The notes: a model not told the origin generated them from the sequence alone. 36,433 bases of DNA from a virus (IMGVR_UViG_3300033075_001761), one strand, 5' to 3'; counted from the first letter of the stretch, positions 24,374 through 33,895 are shown. Numbers and translations are program-made.

Positions 24374-25233
24374 TGGGGTTTAGCTCTAACGGCACAGGTT
24401 TTGGCCACTTTCCATTTGGGAACTTCACTTTTGGAAGCTCCAATACTGGCGAAAACATGATCATACGGAGCTTTCCCGCAACGTATTTGGAAGATGATTC
24501 AAGTGGGCTTTTGCTTACATATTTGAAAACAATTTCAAACAGCGTGAATGAAATTAAGCAAAAGATTTTAGGAGTTGAAGATCTTGTAGATCCTTTGATG
24601 GTTAGAGAAGATATTCTTAGGCACCTAGGAACAACTATAGATACGGTTGTGGATGAAGCCGAGCCAAAAGAATTTGCCAGATCCTTGGTTAACAATGCGG
24701 TTCTTTTTTACAGAATAAAAGGAACAGAGGATTCTTACAGGCTTCGTGGAAAGATTTCTGGATATGACGTTGATGTATCAAATCTGTATCACATTTATCC
24801 AATGTACGTTCCATTTTTAGACCCTGATGATGTTATTGAAATACCTCCTGGAAGTGGAGAGTTTTTTACGGCTATAGAGCCTGGCGGAGTGTCTGGAATC
24901 CCAACCGAAGCGGAATGTGGATATTGTTTTACAAGTTTTATTAAAATCAATTTTACGGTTGTAAAATCGCTTCCTCCATCTTCTGTAAACTATATTGACA
25001 GGCTAATTAGAAAATTAAGTGATATCATTCCGATTCACGTTAGAGATGTTCTTTATGAAATTTTCATCAACATTAAAATTGACGAAAATCAATACATGGC
25101 GATGGAGTTTGAAAATGAAGAGCGTCTTTATGTTCCTATGCATGTGTTCCATAATTTTGATGTGATTCCAGCAGATACCCTCAGCACAGATTTGCATGGG
25201 TATATACAAGCTGAAATGGAAGTTTTGCCATGA
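24373..25233 (+). CDS. Baseplate wedge protein, P2 gpI/T4 gp7-like
   Basis: LLTYLKTI...EDLVDP...DILRHLG...RSLVNNAVLFYRIKGT. Confidence 0.8.
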   Translation: MGFSSNGTGFGHFPFGNFTFGSSNTGENMIIRSFPATYLEDDSSGLLLTYLKTISNSVNEIKQKILGVEDLVDPLMVREDILRHLGTTIDTVVDEAEPKEFARSLVNNAVLFYRIKGTEDSYRLRGKISGYDVDVSNLYHIYPMYVPFLDPDDVIEIPPGSGEFFTAIEPGGVSGIPTEAECGYCFTSFIKINFTVVKSLPPSSVNYIDRLIRKLSDIIPIHVRDVLYEIFINIKIDENQYMAMEFENEERLYVPMHVFHNFDVIPADTLSTDLHGYIQAEMEVLP

Positions 25234-25240
25234 GGTGTTT

Positions 25241-25687
25241 ATGACAGTTTTTATCACTGGCGTTGTAACTGACAAAGGCCGAGAGATTTTTGCAAAATCT
25301 TTTGGCAATGTTGGCGGATTTCCTGTTAGCTATGCAAAGTATTTTAAGATGGGAGAGGGCGGTTATATTTTTAACGGGATAGGGAATGTACCTAAAACGC
25401 CTAATCCGGCATTGACCGATGTTGAGGCTACAGGAGCGCCTGGGGATTATTTTTTCCAGAAAGACTTTAGTGCAGCAGATATTGTGTTTATTGCTCCATC
25501 TACAATTAGGTTTCGATGTAAGGCTTTGCCTACAGAGGCTAACGATGATGGGTTAGGTAATAGTCCAAAATTCTTTGAAATTGGTATTTTCGATCAAAAC
25601 GATAATATGATGGGGTATTGTACATTCGACGAACAAACGAAGAATGCTTCAAAGACTATTACAACGTTTGTGCAGTTCTATTTCTAA
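25241..25687 (+). CDS. Tail-collar/fibre-attachment protein (DUF3751/P2 gpH N-terminal-like)
   Basis: Start revised to the ATG at 25241 (GAGGTG RBS). VTDKGREIFAK...YFKMGEGG...FFEIGIFDQNDNMMGY. Confidence 0.7.
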   Translation: MTVFITGVVTDKGREIFAKSFGNVGGFPVSYAKYFKMGEGGYIFNGIGNVPKTPNPALTDVEATGAPGDYFFQKDFSAADIVFIAPSTIRFRCKALPTEANDDGLGNSPKFFEIGIFDQNDNMMGYCTFDEQTKNASKTITTFVQFYF

Positions 25688-25700
25688 GCTGAGGTAAGCC

Positions 25701-27095
25701 GTGACTGTTTTACTAGAGCAACAAATAAATCCTCAGTTCATCAAAACCAGGTGGCAGGAACCTTATGTATCGGCAGCACTTAATTCTAAAAGCTTTAAAA
25801 CTCTTCCTCGCGGTGTTTATCGCGGCTTTGATTTGGTTCCGGGTCCAGGAGCGAAAGAGATTACAGTATCTACGTTTGACGGATTCCAGGGAGCAAGCGG
25901 ATACGCAAGTGGTGCATATGATGCCGCCAGCGGATGGAGTGTTGCCGTCCACGAAAGCCTCGACGGATTCGGAACCACATTAGCAGTTCAAGAAGGGCCT
26001 TCTGGATCGTTTGTATTTAACTTGAGCGGATATGCTGGCGGAAGTGTCTATATGGCGCTTGACGTTGATTATCAGCTTGGCTTTGCAACAAATGCACAAG
26101 TAAAGATCGTAGATAGTTTGGAGCTAGATTCTGAACCTACGCTCATTTGCCTTGGCAGAGTAGATGTTCCTGGCGTTGGACCAATTACAACGCCTAACGT
26201 TGTTTATAACGACGCAAATTATCCTCGTTTAAAGCCATACGCAGATAAAAACAAAGATGGATTCATGTCAGCTTCGCAGGCTGAAGTTGTGGACATTCTT
26301 TCCACAGCTCCAAATGCAGCAAATACATTTGAAGTTGAATACATTGTAGTTTCATCTGGGCCACAGATTGTTACGATCCCTGGAGCCAATACATATGTTG
26401 TGAATGGAGAAGACCTTCTTATCTTTAAGAACGGTCTCAAAATGCACAAAACAAGGGACTATACAGAGATTGATGACGGCGGAGGATTTGGGACTACGGT
26501 TTCGTGGATCTCTAGTTTGAATATTGGCGACAGGATTGTGTTCAGAGGACAGCAATATGCTGTGTCTTTGACTAATACATTAAATGTTCTTGATGAAAAC
26601 GCTCTTGTTCAAAGCAACGTTGTGCATTTCAACTTTCAAGGACTCGGGGTTTCTGTTGTTCCAAACGGACCTGGATCTGTAAATGTTCAAATTCCAAGCG
26701 CAACGTCTTCAGGAGCCTCTCGCTCAAAGAAAAACGAAACTGGTTCTACCATTCCGGCATTTAGAGCTGTGAATTTAAAGACAGATGGAACCATTGAGCT
26801 GTGCAATCCTGTTAACCTAACACACAAGGTTCTTGGTCTTACAGCGAATGATATTGCCGATGGGGACTTTGGGCTTGTTGCCTTAGATGCAAATTTGGCA
26901 CTTGCAGTAAGCGGACTTGGGTTCCTTGTTGGAGACGATGTTTACGTAGATCACACTGGTCTAGGAACATTAACAAACGTGGCTCCAAACCCTATGGCAG
27001 GACAAGTTATTCGAGTTGGAATTGCGGATTGTACAGACAACACAGCATCATCTACTGCTGTAGACTTGGTGTTTGATAAGCAGAGGTTAGTGTAA
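25701..27095 (+). CDS. Modular tail fibre/baseplate-distal protein
   Basis: GTG start. GVYRGFDL N-terminus, one L.IF.NG...DY.E beta module, and a C-terminal domain shared with 29789 and 30986. Confidence 0.7.
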   Translation: MTVLLEQQINPQFIKTRWQEPYVSAALNSKSFKTLPRGVYRGFDLVPGPGAKEITVSTFDGFQGASGYASGAYDAASGWSVAVHESLDGFGTTLAVQEGPSGSFVFNLSGYAGGSVYMALDVDYQLGFATNAQVKIVDSLELDSEPTLICLGRVDVPGVGPITTPNVVYNDANYPRLKPYADKNKDGFMSASQAEVVDILSTAPNAANTFEVEYIVVSSGPQIVTIPGANTYVVNGEDLLIFKNGLKMHKTRDYTEIDDGGGFGTTVSWISSLNIGDRIVFRGQQYAVSLTNTLNVLDENALVQSNVVHFNFQGLGVSVVPNGPGSVNVQIPSATSSGASRSKKNETGSTIPAFRAVNLKTDGTIELCNPVNLTHKVLGLTANDIADGDFGLVALDANLALAVSGLGFLVGDDVYVDHTGLGTLTNVAPNPMAGQVIRVGIADCTDNTASSTAVDLVFDKQRLV

Positions 27096-28345
27096 TGGCG
27101 CAATACCTAGTTAAATATTTAGACAGCACAGGGAAGACTACGATTGTCGATTCGGCAACCGATACATTCCAATTTCCCGCAATTATATTAGATGGCGCTT
27201 ATTTCGATAAAACAAACATTGCGCAGGTTAGTGGATTAAGTGGACTTGACGCCGAAATAGCTGGAGTGAGTGCAATTTTTGATGGCCATGTTGTACAAAA
27301 CGACGCAGCCTTTGCAGACATTGCGCTTACGATGAGTGGGTTTGATGATTCTCTGTCAAATTTGGCTGGCGATGTAAACTTCATAATGGGAGATGACCCA
27401 AAGGAAGAATTTTTTGTAGCTGTTTCTGGGCAAGTATTGTGTAGCGTTACTGGGTTCGACTTCTCTCCAGACAATGGGATTCCAGACATTCAAATCTTTA
27501 AAAATGGTTTGAAGATGAGAATATCTCCATCTGGAATTCTTGAATCAGGAACAGATGTAAAGAAAAACTCAGATGTTCAGATTGAATTTTTTATCCCACT
27601 AGTTGCCAATGATAGGGTTACTATTAGACGCGAGAGGGGAGCTTTGCTTTCAAATCCTAAAGCTTATTTCAGAGATGATACTGATGGATTGATGGGTAAG
27701 GCTGTTTTGTTGAGTGATAGATATCTATTGGGAAATAATTCTTTGATTGCTTTTAGAAATGGAGTTTTGATCCATAAAACTTCATCTCTAGGAGTTCCGG
27801 CAGATAGATATGAAGAAACTACCGATTCTTTTATCACAGTAGGAGCAAATCTTGTTTCTACAGATGTTGTGACTTCGGTTCATAAGAACGTTGCTTCGAC
27901 TTCTAGGTTTTACCAAGAAGGAGCTTCTGCGTTTTCAATTACAGTCCCAAGTTATACAACAGGTTCTGATAGGCTTATGGTTTTCAGAAATGGCCTTCTT
28001 TTAAATTCCGATGGTCTTGGAACCTCAATTCAACAATATACAGAAACATCTTCTACGCAGGTAACATTTGGAGTTCTTGTAGAGCCTGATGATTTGACTG
28101 CATTTGAAAATCTTTCTTCTGTTCAATGGAGAGAGGACCAGATTGTTGCAAGCGGAACGGTTGTAAACTTTTCTAATCCATACACACTTGGAAACGAAAG
28201 ATTACTTGTCTTTAGAGACGGAGTTTTGATGTTTAATTCGGGAGTTCTTGGAGATCCTATTGATAGATATTCAGAAACTTCAACAACTTCGATAACTCTT
28301 GCATCAGCGGCGAGCGGAGAAGTGTTCTCTGCTATATATTTGTAA
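27095..28345 (+). CDS. Virion structural protein with four tandem ~70-aa beta modules
   Basis: IQIFKNGLK, LIAFRNGVL, LMVFRNGLL and LLVFRDGVL repeats; the last three are followed by Y.ET. Confidence 0.75.
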   Translation: MAQYLVKYLDSTGKTTIVDSATDTFQFPAIILDGAYFDKTNIAQVSGLSGLDAEIAGVSAIFDGHVVQNDAAFADIALTMSGFDDSLSNLAGDVNFIMGDDPKEEFFVAVSGQVLCSVTGFDFSPDNGIPDIQIFKNGLKMRISPSGILESGTDVKKNSDVQIEFFIPLVANDRVTIRRERGALLSNPKAYFRDDTDGLMGKAVLLSDRYLLGNNSLIAFRNGVLIHKTSSLGVPADRYEETTDSFITVGANLVSTDVVTSVHKNVASTSRFYQEGASAFSITVPSYTTGSDRLMVFRNGLLLNSDGLGTSIQQYTETSSTQVTFGVLVEPDDLTAFENLSSVQWREDQIVASGTVVNFSNPYTLGNERLLVFRDGVLMFNSGVLGDPIDRYSETSTTSITLASAASGEVFSAIYL

Positions 28346-28348
28346 TTG

Positions 28349-28370
28349 AAAATTCCAATTGATTAGACTT
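28349..28370. promoter_or_regulatory. Palindromic motif copy 4 (AAAATTC CAATTGATTA GACTT)
   Basis: Intergenic, immediately upstream of the GGAG RBS of the 28381 gene. The reverse complement reads AAGTC TAATCAATTG GAATT. Confidence 0.6.
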
Positions 28371-28380
28371 GGAGCGAGAC

Positions 28381-29778
28381 ATGGCGATTAAGAAGAACCA
28401 GATTCAGCAGACACCTACGGTAATCCAGGAAGGCTCTCAGCCAGCAACGGGCGCAAACAAAGGTGCTTTTTACACCTCTGATGTTTCTGGTGTTACCGAG
28501 GGAATGTACGCCGATGATTTGGGACGTGCTATCCAGATAACAAATGGTGGCGAAATTGCCATGCCGTCTACATTCAATGGAGAGAATACAGTTACGGCTG
28601 GTTCTCAAATTTTCAAAGAGAAGTCTGGAAACAAGCTTCGTTTTAGAAGGATTGTAGCTGGAACAAATGTAACCGTTACTGAGGGAGCTGATAGTATAAC
28701 GATTGCGTCTACAGGAGGCGGCGGTTCTGGAGAAGCTAATACTGGTTCAAATGTTGGAGTCGGGTCCCAGGTTTTTAAGCAAAAATCTGGAATTTCTTTA
28801 CAGTTCAGATCCTTGGTTGCTGGGTCAAATGTAACGCTTACTCAGGGCGTTGATACCATTACAATTGCTTCTACTGGAGGAGGGTCTGGAGAGGCAAATA
28901 CGGCGTCTAATGTTGGCTCTGGAGCTGGTATTCTTTTCAAGCAAAAGACTGGTGTTGATCTTGAGTTTAAACGTATTGCTGCTGGAACAGGGATCTCTAT
29001 TACGAATGGAGTTTCGGATGTAACCATATCTTCTACTGGAGAGGCTAATACAGCTTCAAATGTAGGAACTACTGGCGTTAACACTGCTGGCGTATTTAAA
29101 GCAAAGTCCGGTGTAGATCTTCAGATGAGAAGAATTATTGCTGGAGCAAATGTCTCAGTTACAGAAAATACAAACGACATTACAATCGCTGCTACGGCTG
29201 GTTCTGGAGAAACAAATACAGCTTCAAATGCTTCTGCCGGAACAGGAACTGGATTGCTGTTTAAAGGAAAGGTCGGAGTTGATCTTGTATTTAAAAAGCT
29301 TTTGGCTGGCTCTGGCGTTACTTTAACAAACGGAACTGACGACGTTACCATCGCTGCTACTGGAGGAGGCGGTGGGCATGAGACTCAAATTCTATCTTTT
29401 GACAGCGGAAATATTGTTGTAAAAGCTTCCGGCACAACGGCGGATCTTGCTTTGGTAACAGCTACAAAAGACTTTAATGCTGGCGGAGCTTCTACGTTGA
29501 TTATGAACAAGCCAACTTCTGTTTGTTATCATTCAATCAATGTGACATTTACGAGTGCAGAAACAACAGGAAGAACAGAGCTTCGATTGGAGTGCCCAGA
29601 TGCCAATGGAGCTACGGCTGAGGCAAAGGCCATGCGTGTGTTTGCCATTAGAATCAATGCTACATACGGAGTTGGAGCAACAGCATCTACGTTCGTTCTT
29701 GTTTCTGGTACAACATTCAGAACAACATTGACTGGTTATACATCGGCTCAAGAGCAAAAAGCAGTGTTCCAATTCTAA
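28381..29778 (+). CDS. Fibre protein with five ~55-aa tandem repeats
   Basis: Start at ATG 28381 (GGAG at 28371-28374). Repeat unit GEANT.SNVG...F K.K.G..L.F..L.AG.NV..T...ITI.ST. Confidence 0.8.
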   Translation: MAIKKNQIQQTPTVIQEGSQPATGANKGAFYTSDVSGVTEGMYADDLGRAIQITNGGEIAMPSTFNGENTVTAGSQIFKEKSGNKLRFRRIVAGTNVTVTEGADSITIASTGGGGSGEANTGSNVGVGSQVFKQKSGISLQFRSLVAGSNVTLTQGVDTITIASTGGGSGEANTASNVGSGAGILFKQKTGVDLEFKRIAAGTGISITNGVSDVTISSTGEANTASNVGTTGVNTAGVFKAKSGVDLQMRRIIAGANVSVTENTNDITIAATAGSGETNTASNASAGTGTGLLFKGKVGVDLVFKKLLAGSGVTLTNGTDDVTIAATGGGGGHETQILSFDSGNIVVKASGTTADLALVTATKDFNAGGASTLIMNKPTSVCYHSINVTFTSAETTGRTELRLECPDANGATAEAKAMRVFAIRINATYGVGATASTFVLVSGTTFRTTLTGYTSAQEQKAVFQF

Positions 29779-29788
29779 GGGATGGTAA

Positions 29789-30631
29789 ATGTCTGATTTA
29801 GTTTTTTCAGCACGATTTACTCCGAACAGCTCGGTCACAATATCGAGTACAGTATTTGATGTTGCTGCAAGCGTTTTTGATGGTACGGGCGTTTTTTCTG
29901 GGTTAGACGTAGCTGTAAATGACGCTGTTTATTTGGATGCATTTCCAAGCATTTCTGCGCCAAACACAATTGCAAGATTTAAAGTGACCCAAATAAACTC
30001 TCAAGGACCTTCGTCAGTAAACGTTAGGCTTACGTGGGATGATTCTGGAACTGTCGTAGATCCTGGAGAGTGTGCTGGTACACAAGGATTTATTTCAAGA
30101 GCAACGGCTACAGACAGATTTGCATTCCATGCGGCTCCTACACTGCATTCGATCCCTGATTACGTAATTCAATACTCAAGGAACAAAGAGCTTGTTTCTA
30201 CTATTGAAGGGAATCTTGGAGGCGGAGGCGGTGGAACGAGCTTAACGAAAGTTATGCAAAATAGTGGAACAACCATTGCTGCCGGAAAGCCAGTAGCCAA
30301 AAAGCCTGATGGAACTATTATTTTGGCTGATTCTGACGGAGTTAATACACAAAACTTTTGCGGAATATCTTCGACATCTATTGCTCCGTCAGCAACGGGA
30401 ACGATCCTGATTCCTGGACAAAATATTGCGGGTGCCATTACTGGGCTTGGGTTTGCGCCTGGAGATTCCGTGTTTTTGAACGAAAGCGGTGGATATTCAA
30501 ATACAACATCAGGATTTTCCGGCGATAATGATACGATTTGGAAGATTGGAATGGCTGATTGCGCCGCTGGACTTGCAAGCCCAACGGCTACAGATATCAT
30601 CATCATGACCGAAAAACTCATATCTCCTTGA
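29789..30631 (+). CDS. Virion structural protein with the shared C-terminal decoration-like domain
   Basis: Poly-Gly linker followed by MQNSGTTIAAGKPV...DGTIILAD...GISS..IA...G. Confidence 0.7.
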   Translation: MSDLVFSARFTPNSSVTISSTVFDVAASVFDGTGVFSGLDVAVNDAVYLDAFPSISAPNTIARFKVTQINSQGPSSVNVRLTWDDSGTVVDPGECAGTQGFISRATATDRFAFHAAPTLHSIPDYVIQYSRNKELVSTIEGNLGGGGGGTSLTKVMQNSGTTIAAGKPVAKKPDGTIILADSDGVNTQNFCGISSTSIAPSATGTILIPGQNIAGAITGLGFAPGDSVFLNESGGYSNTTSGFSGDNDTIWKIGMADCAAGLASPTATDIIIMTEKLISP

Positions 30632-30644
30632 GGATCTTCAATTT

Positions 30645-30872
30645 ATGGAATCGAATTTAATTCAGTTTTCAACGCTCAAAAAACGCAGGCAAGGCAGGCC
30701 AAAAAAAGAATCTGCTAAAATCAACGATGATGCTTTTTTGGAAAAAAATAAAGAAATGATGGAAAAAATTAAAACACATTGCGTTTCTTTTACGCAATGT
30801 GTTGAAAAGATTGGGCTTGATAACGGTCAAGATATTGGAATCCAAATTACATTTGCTTTTGAACAACCTTGA
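30645..30872 (+). CDS. Small protein with a basic AT-hook-like motif (RRQGRPKK)
   Basis: GAGGA RBS and a 75-aa ORF between structural genes. Confidence 0.6.
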   Translation: MESNLIQFSTLKKRRQGRPKKESAKINDDAFLEKNKEMMEKIKTHCVSFTQCVEKIGLDNGQDIGIQITFAFEQP

Positions 30873-30925
30873 TTTTTTGAGAACGTTTTTGGTGTAATAT
30901 AATTAAGTCTAATCAATTAGACATT
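30869..30925 (+). promoter_or_regulatory. Possible sigma70-like promoter followed by palindromic motif copy 5 (30905-30925, AAGTC TAATCAATTA GACATT)
   Basis: TATAAT at 30898-30903 with TTGAGA at 30877-30882 (15-bp spacer), or TTGATT-18 bp-TGTAAT. The palindrome begins 2 nt after TATAAT. Confidence 0.55.
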
Positions 30926-30985
30926 CAAAATTCATCTTTAGTTTTTTGTTTAGAATTCAGAAAACAAACATTCTAGGGGTGAAAT

Positions 30986-32473
30986 ATGTCTGCTTTAAAT
31001 CTAGTTGTATTTGAAAATGATGGGTACAAGAAGCGTTCATCAGACGGGCAGACCGTAGACTTTTTGGGCATCCGTATTGGCGCTAGCACACTTTCCGTAA
31101 CAGAAACTTCTGGAGAGTTTGAGCTTGGAGCGGTTAAGGTTCGTTCGACTGGCGTTCCTACTCTTGATTCCCACTTGGTTAACAAAGCTTATGCAGACTC
31201 TATTGCTGCCGGTTTTGACCCTAAGGCTGAAGTTGCCTGTGCAACAACTGCTAACCTTTCTGTTACAGCCGCCGGTTCTGGCGTTGGGAAAACTCTTACA
31301 GCCACCGCCAACGGAGCGTTTACTTCGGACGGAGTAACCCCTCCTGTAAACTCCAGAATCTTGGTAAAAAACCAAAGCACTGGAGCCAATAATGGTATTT
31401 ATAAGCTTACAACGGCTGGCGATGGCGGAACCGCCTATGTTCTTACCCGCGCAACAGACTTTGACGGGTCTCCTTCTGCCGAAGTGAGTACTGGCGCATT
31501 GACTCTTGTCATCGGCGGAACGGTTCACGCAGGACAACAATGGTATGTGACTACGGCAGATCCTATTACCGTAGACACAACAGCCATTACGTTCAGCCAA
31601 GCATCGGCAGCGGCTTCGATTACGGCTTCTGCTGGTCTTCAAAAAGTTGGCAATGATATTCAAACGAAGCTCGAAGCTTCTAACCCTACTTTGGAAGTTA
31701 TTTCTACAGAACTCAAAGTTAAGTACGACGGCGAAGGCATCACTCAAGGCGCTAACGGATTGGCTCTTGAGCTTGATGGCTCTACTCTTTCTAAGTCTGC
31801 AACCGGCGTAAAAGTCGCTGCGCTTGGAATCACTTCTGCTGAGCTTGCCGCCAGCGCCGTGACTACTGCCAAGATTTTGGATGCTAACGTAACGGATACA
31901 AAGCTTGCCTCTGATTCTGTCACAACTGCAAAAATCCTTAACGCAAACGTTACGCTTGCTAAGCTTGCTTCTCTCTCTGTTGATGAGTCCAAACTTACGA
32001 CATCGGTAGCCGGAAACGGTTTGACTGGCGGAGCTGGAACTGCATTGGCCGTTGGAGCCGGAGAGTCTATTAAAGTTGCGGCTGACTCAGTCGCTGTAGA
32101 CCATGCTAAAACATTTACAAACGACAACGCAGGGACCGTTACGGTTCGCCAGGTTGTGTATGTAAAGGCCAACGGAAACATTGATCTTGCTCGTGCTGAC
32201 GTAGCTGCTCTGTATAACTTCGAGCTTGGATTGGTTGAAGATGCTTCGATCACAACAACTTCTTCTGGTAAAATTACAGTTCGACGAGGAGCCATTGTTG
32301 GCGGGTTCACTGGGCTTACCCCAGGAAAGAAGCAATATGTTTCCAGAGCTACCGCTGGAGCATTGGTTGAATCTTCGACTGGATTTGTGGCTGGAGAACA
32401 GCTTTATCAAGTAGGTCGTGCAATTTCTGCAACAGAGGTTTTGTTTGATCCTATGCACATTATTGAAATGTAA
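30986..32473 (+). CDS. Fibre/decoration protein (495 aa) with VT.AK(I/L) decapeptide repeats and the shared C-terminal domain
   Basis: LVNKAYAD...RILVKNQ...NNGIY...LTRATDFD is a common phage fibre module. It also has SAVTTAKILDANVTDTKLASDSVTTAKILNANVTLAKL repeats and a C-terminal domain paralogous to 25701 and 29789. Confidence 0.8.
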   Translation: MSALNLVVFENDGYKKRSSDGQTVDFLGIRIGASTLSVTETSGEFELGAVKVRSTGVPTLDSHLVNKAYADSIAAGFDPKAEVACATTANLSVTAAGSGVGKTLTATANGAFTSDGVTPPVNSRILVKNQSTGANNGIYKLTTAGDGGTAYVLTRATDFDGSPSAEVSTGALTLVIGGTVHAGQQWYVTTADPITVDTTAITFSQASAAASITASAGLQKVGNDIQTKLEASNPTLEVISTELKVKYDGEGITQGANGLALELDGSTLSKSATGVKVAALGITSAELAASAVTTAKILDANVTDTKLASDSVTTAKILNANVTLAKLASLSVDESKLTTSVAGNGLTGGAGTALAVGAGESIKVAADSVAVDHAKTFTNDNAGTVTVRQVVYVKANGNIDLARADVAALYNFELGLVEDASITTTSSGKITVRRGAIVGGFTGLTPGKKQYVSRATAGALVESSTGFVAGEQLYQVGRAISATEVLFDPMHIIEM

Positions 32474-32518
32474 TTTTCTGATATAAGGTTTCTTATCAGC
32501 TAATATTAGGGAAATTTC

Positions 32519-33040
32519 ATGACAGATTTTGTGACAGTTTGGGATTCGACTAAGGAGATTTACAAAAAGTCTTCGACAGACCTCGCCTCTCTAACAAGTA
32601 TATCTGTCAATGAATACGAATATTTCTTTGCATCTGCCTCGGGAACAGTGGGCATTCCTGAGGCAATTACAGGGAAAACAATTCATGTCTATGTAAATGG
32701 TGTTCTTAGAAGAATCACAGAAGACTACACTCTAGACACAGTAAATAATGAAGTTGATTTTGTTGCTAACCAAGCTGCAAACAGTTGGGTTCATGTCGAT
32801 GTTTTCCAAAATGCAGTGGAATATGACAGTAACTTTAATGTTGGAGTCGGAGGGCAGGCAAACTTTACTGTGTCTTCTGGAACCTTCGCTGGAGGAACTC
32901 GAATAGAGGTTTTTCAGAATGGGGTTAAGAAGAGAGAAGGGTCTGGGCAGGACTACGTTAGAAACGTATCACTTCAAAGGATTGAATTCACATATACAGT
33001 TCCACAAAATGCTTGGGTACTAGTTAGGTTACACAGCTAG
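32519..33040 (+). CDS. Virion protein with two beta modules
   Basis: IHVYVNGV...EDYTL and IEVFQNGVKK...QDY. Confidence 0.7.
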   Translation: MTDFVTVWDSTKEIYKKSSTDLASLTSISVNEYEYFFASASGTVGIPEAITGKTIHVYVNGVLRRITEDYTLDTVNNEVDFVANQAANSWVHVDVFQNAVEYDSNFNVGVGGQANFTVSSGTFAGGTRIEVFQNGVKKREGSGQDYVRNVSLQRIEFTYTVPQNAWVLVRLHS

Positions 33041-33091
33041 TATTAAATTAGGTATTTGGGTTAGAATGCAGACAAAAGAATTGAGGCAAAA

Positions 33092-33880
33092 ATGACTTTA
33101 CCTTCAAATACAGTTGCAAGAGAAACTGATGTTGCCATTGAAACGGCTTTAGCGCGGCTTGGTAACAGCGGGTCTAGCCTTCTTAATGACCTTGTGTCCA
33201 GGCTTAATACGGCTCTTGGGTTCCCAATTGAAGTAACTCCAAACGCTCCGGCAACAACTTCTTTAAACTATTCTGCTGGTGAATTTACTTTGCCAACAGG
33301 ACAAAGGCTTACTGGTCTTTCTTATGGGAAGACATTGTCGCTTACGGCTGGAGTGATTGATTTTGCATTGGGAACCGTAAGTACAGGGACTTTACCTACA
33401 TTTTCACTTCCGACTATGACTGTAAACTTTTTTATAAAAGCATTGATTCAATACAACGCTGATACAAATGAACTTACAGTTGTTTTTGGAGCTGAAAATT
33501 CTCTGCAATCTGGCGCTACAGTTCCTTCTGTTTCTTTGGGATATAGTCCTTTGTATTTGGTAGAACTTCAATCGCCAAATGGTGGCCCAGGTGATTGGAA
33601 TGCAATTGGACATTCAAACATTGTAAGAGTCTATCCATCTCTAGGCGTTGCTGGCGTTGGAACAACTCCAACAATTGGAACATTTGACGTTGCAGCTCCA
33701 ACAACAATCTTTGCAACTCCAGCTCCAATTCCATCAAGCCAAGATCGTATGGAAGTATTTTATAATGGTGTGCTTATGATGAGAGGCGGATCGTATGATT
33801 ATACGGTCACCGGAGGGTCTCAAATTACGTTTAACTACTCAATTCCTGCAAACTCAAAGATCAAAATTAAAATTATTTAA
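33092..33880 (+). CDS. Fibre-associated protein (N-terminal domain shared with 33896; one beta module)
   Basis: MEVFYNGVLM...YDYTV...ITF at the C-terminus. The N-terminal region aligns by eye with the 33896 product. Confidence 0.7.
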   Translation: MTLPSNTVARETDVAIETALARLGNSGSSLLNDLVSRLNTALGFPIEVTPNAPATTSLNYSAGEFTLPTGQRLTGLSYGKTLSLTAGVIDFALGTVSTGTLPTFSLPTMTVNFFIKALIQYNADTNELTVVFGAENSLQSGATVPSVSLGYSPLYLVELQSPNGGPGDWNAIGHSNIVRVYPSLGVAGVGTTPTIGTFDVAAPTTIFATPAPIPSSQDRMEVFYNGVLMMRGGSYDYTVTGGSQITFNYSIPANSKIKIKII

Positions 33881-33895
33881 CGTTGAGGTTTAGAC

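Noticed and set aside
6871-25687. Interpretation as a headless eCIS/tailocin (Afp/PVC-like) or T6SS locus
   Set aside because: The two gp19-like tubes and baseplate order are eCIS-like. However, gp14-like and gp10-like neck genes, a frameshifted phage chaperone, a long TMP and a HEG point to a tailed phage, and no Afp15-type AAA+ ATPase or T6SS membrane complex is present. Capsid and terminase genes lie outside the window, so this is not fully excluded.
3575-30925. Palindromic repeats as a CRISPR array
   Set aside because: The copies are kilobases apart with no regular spacers, and there are no cas genes.
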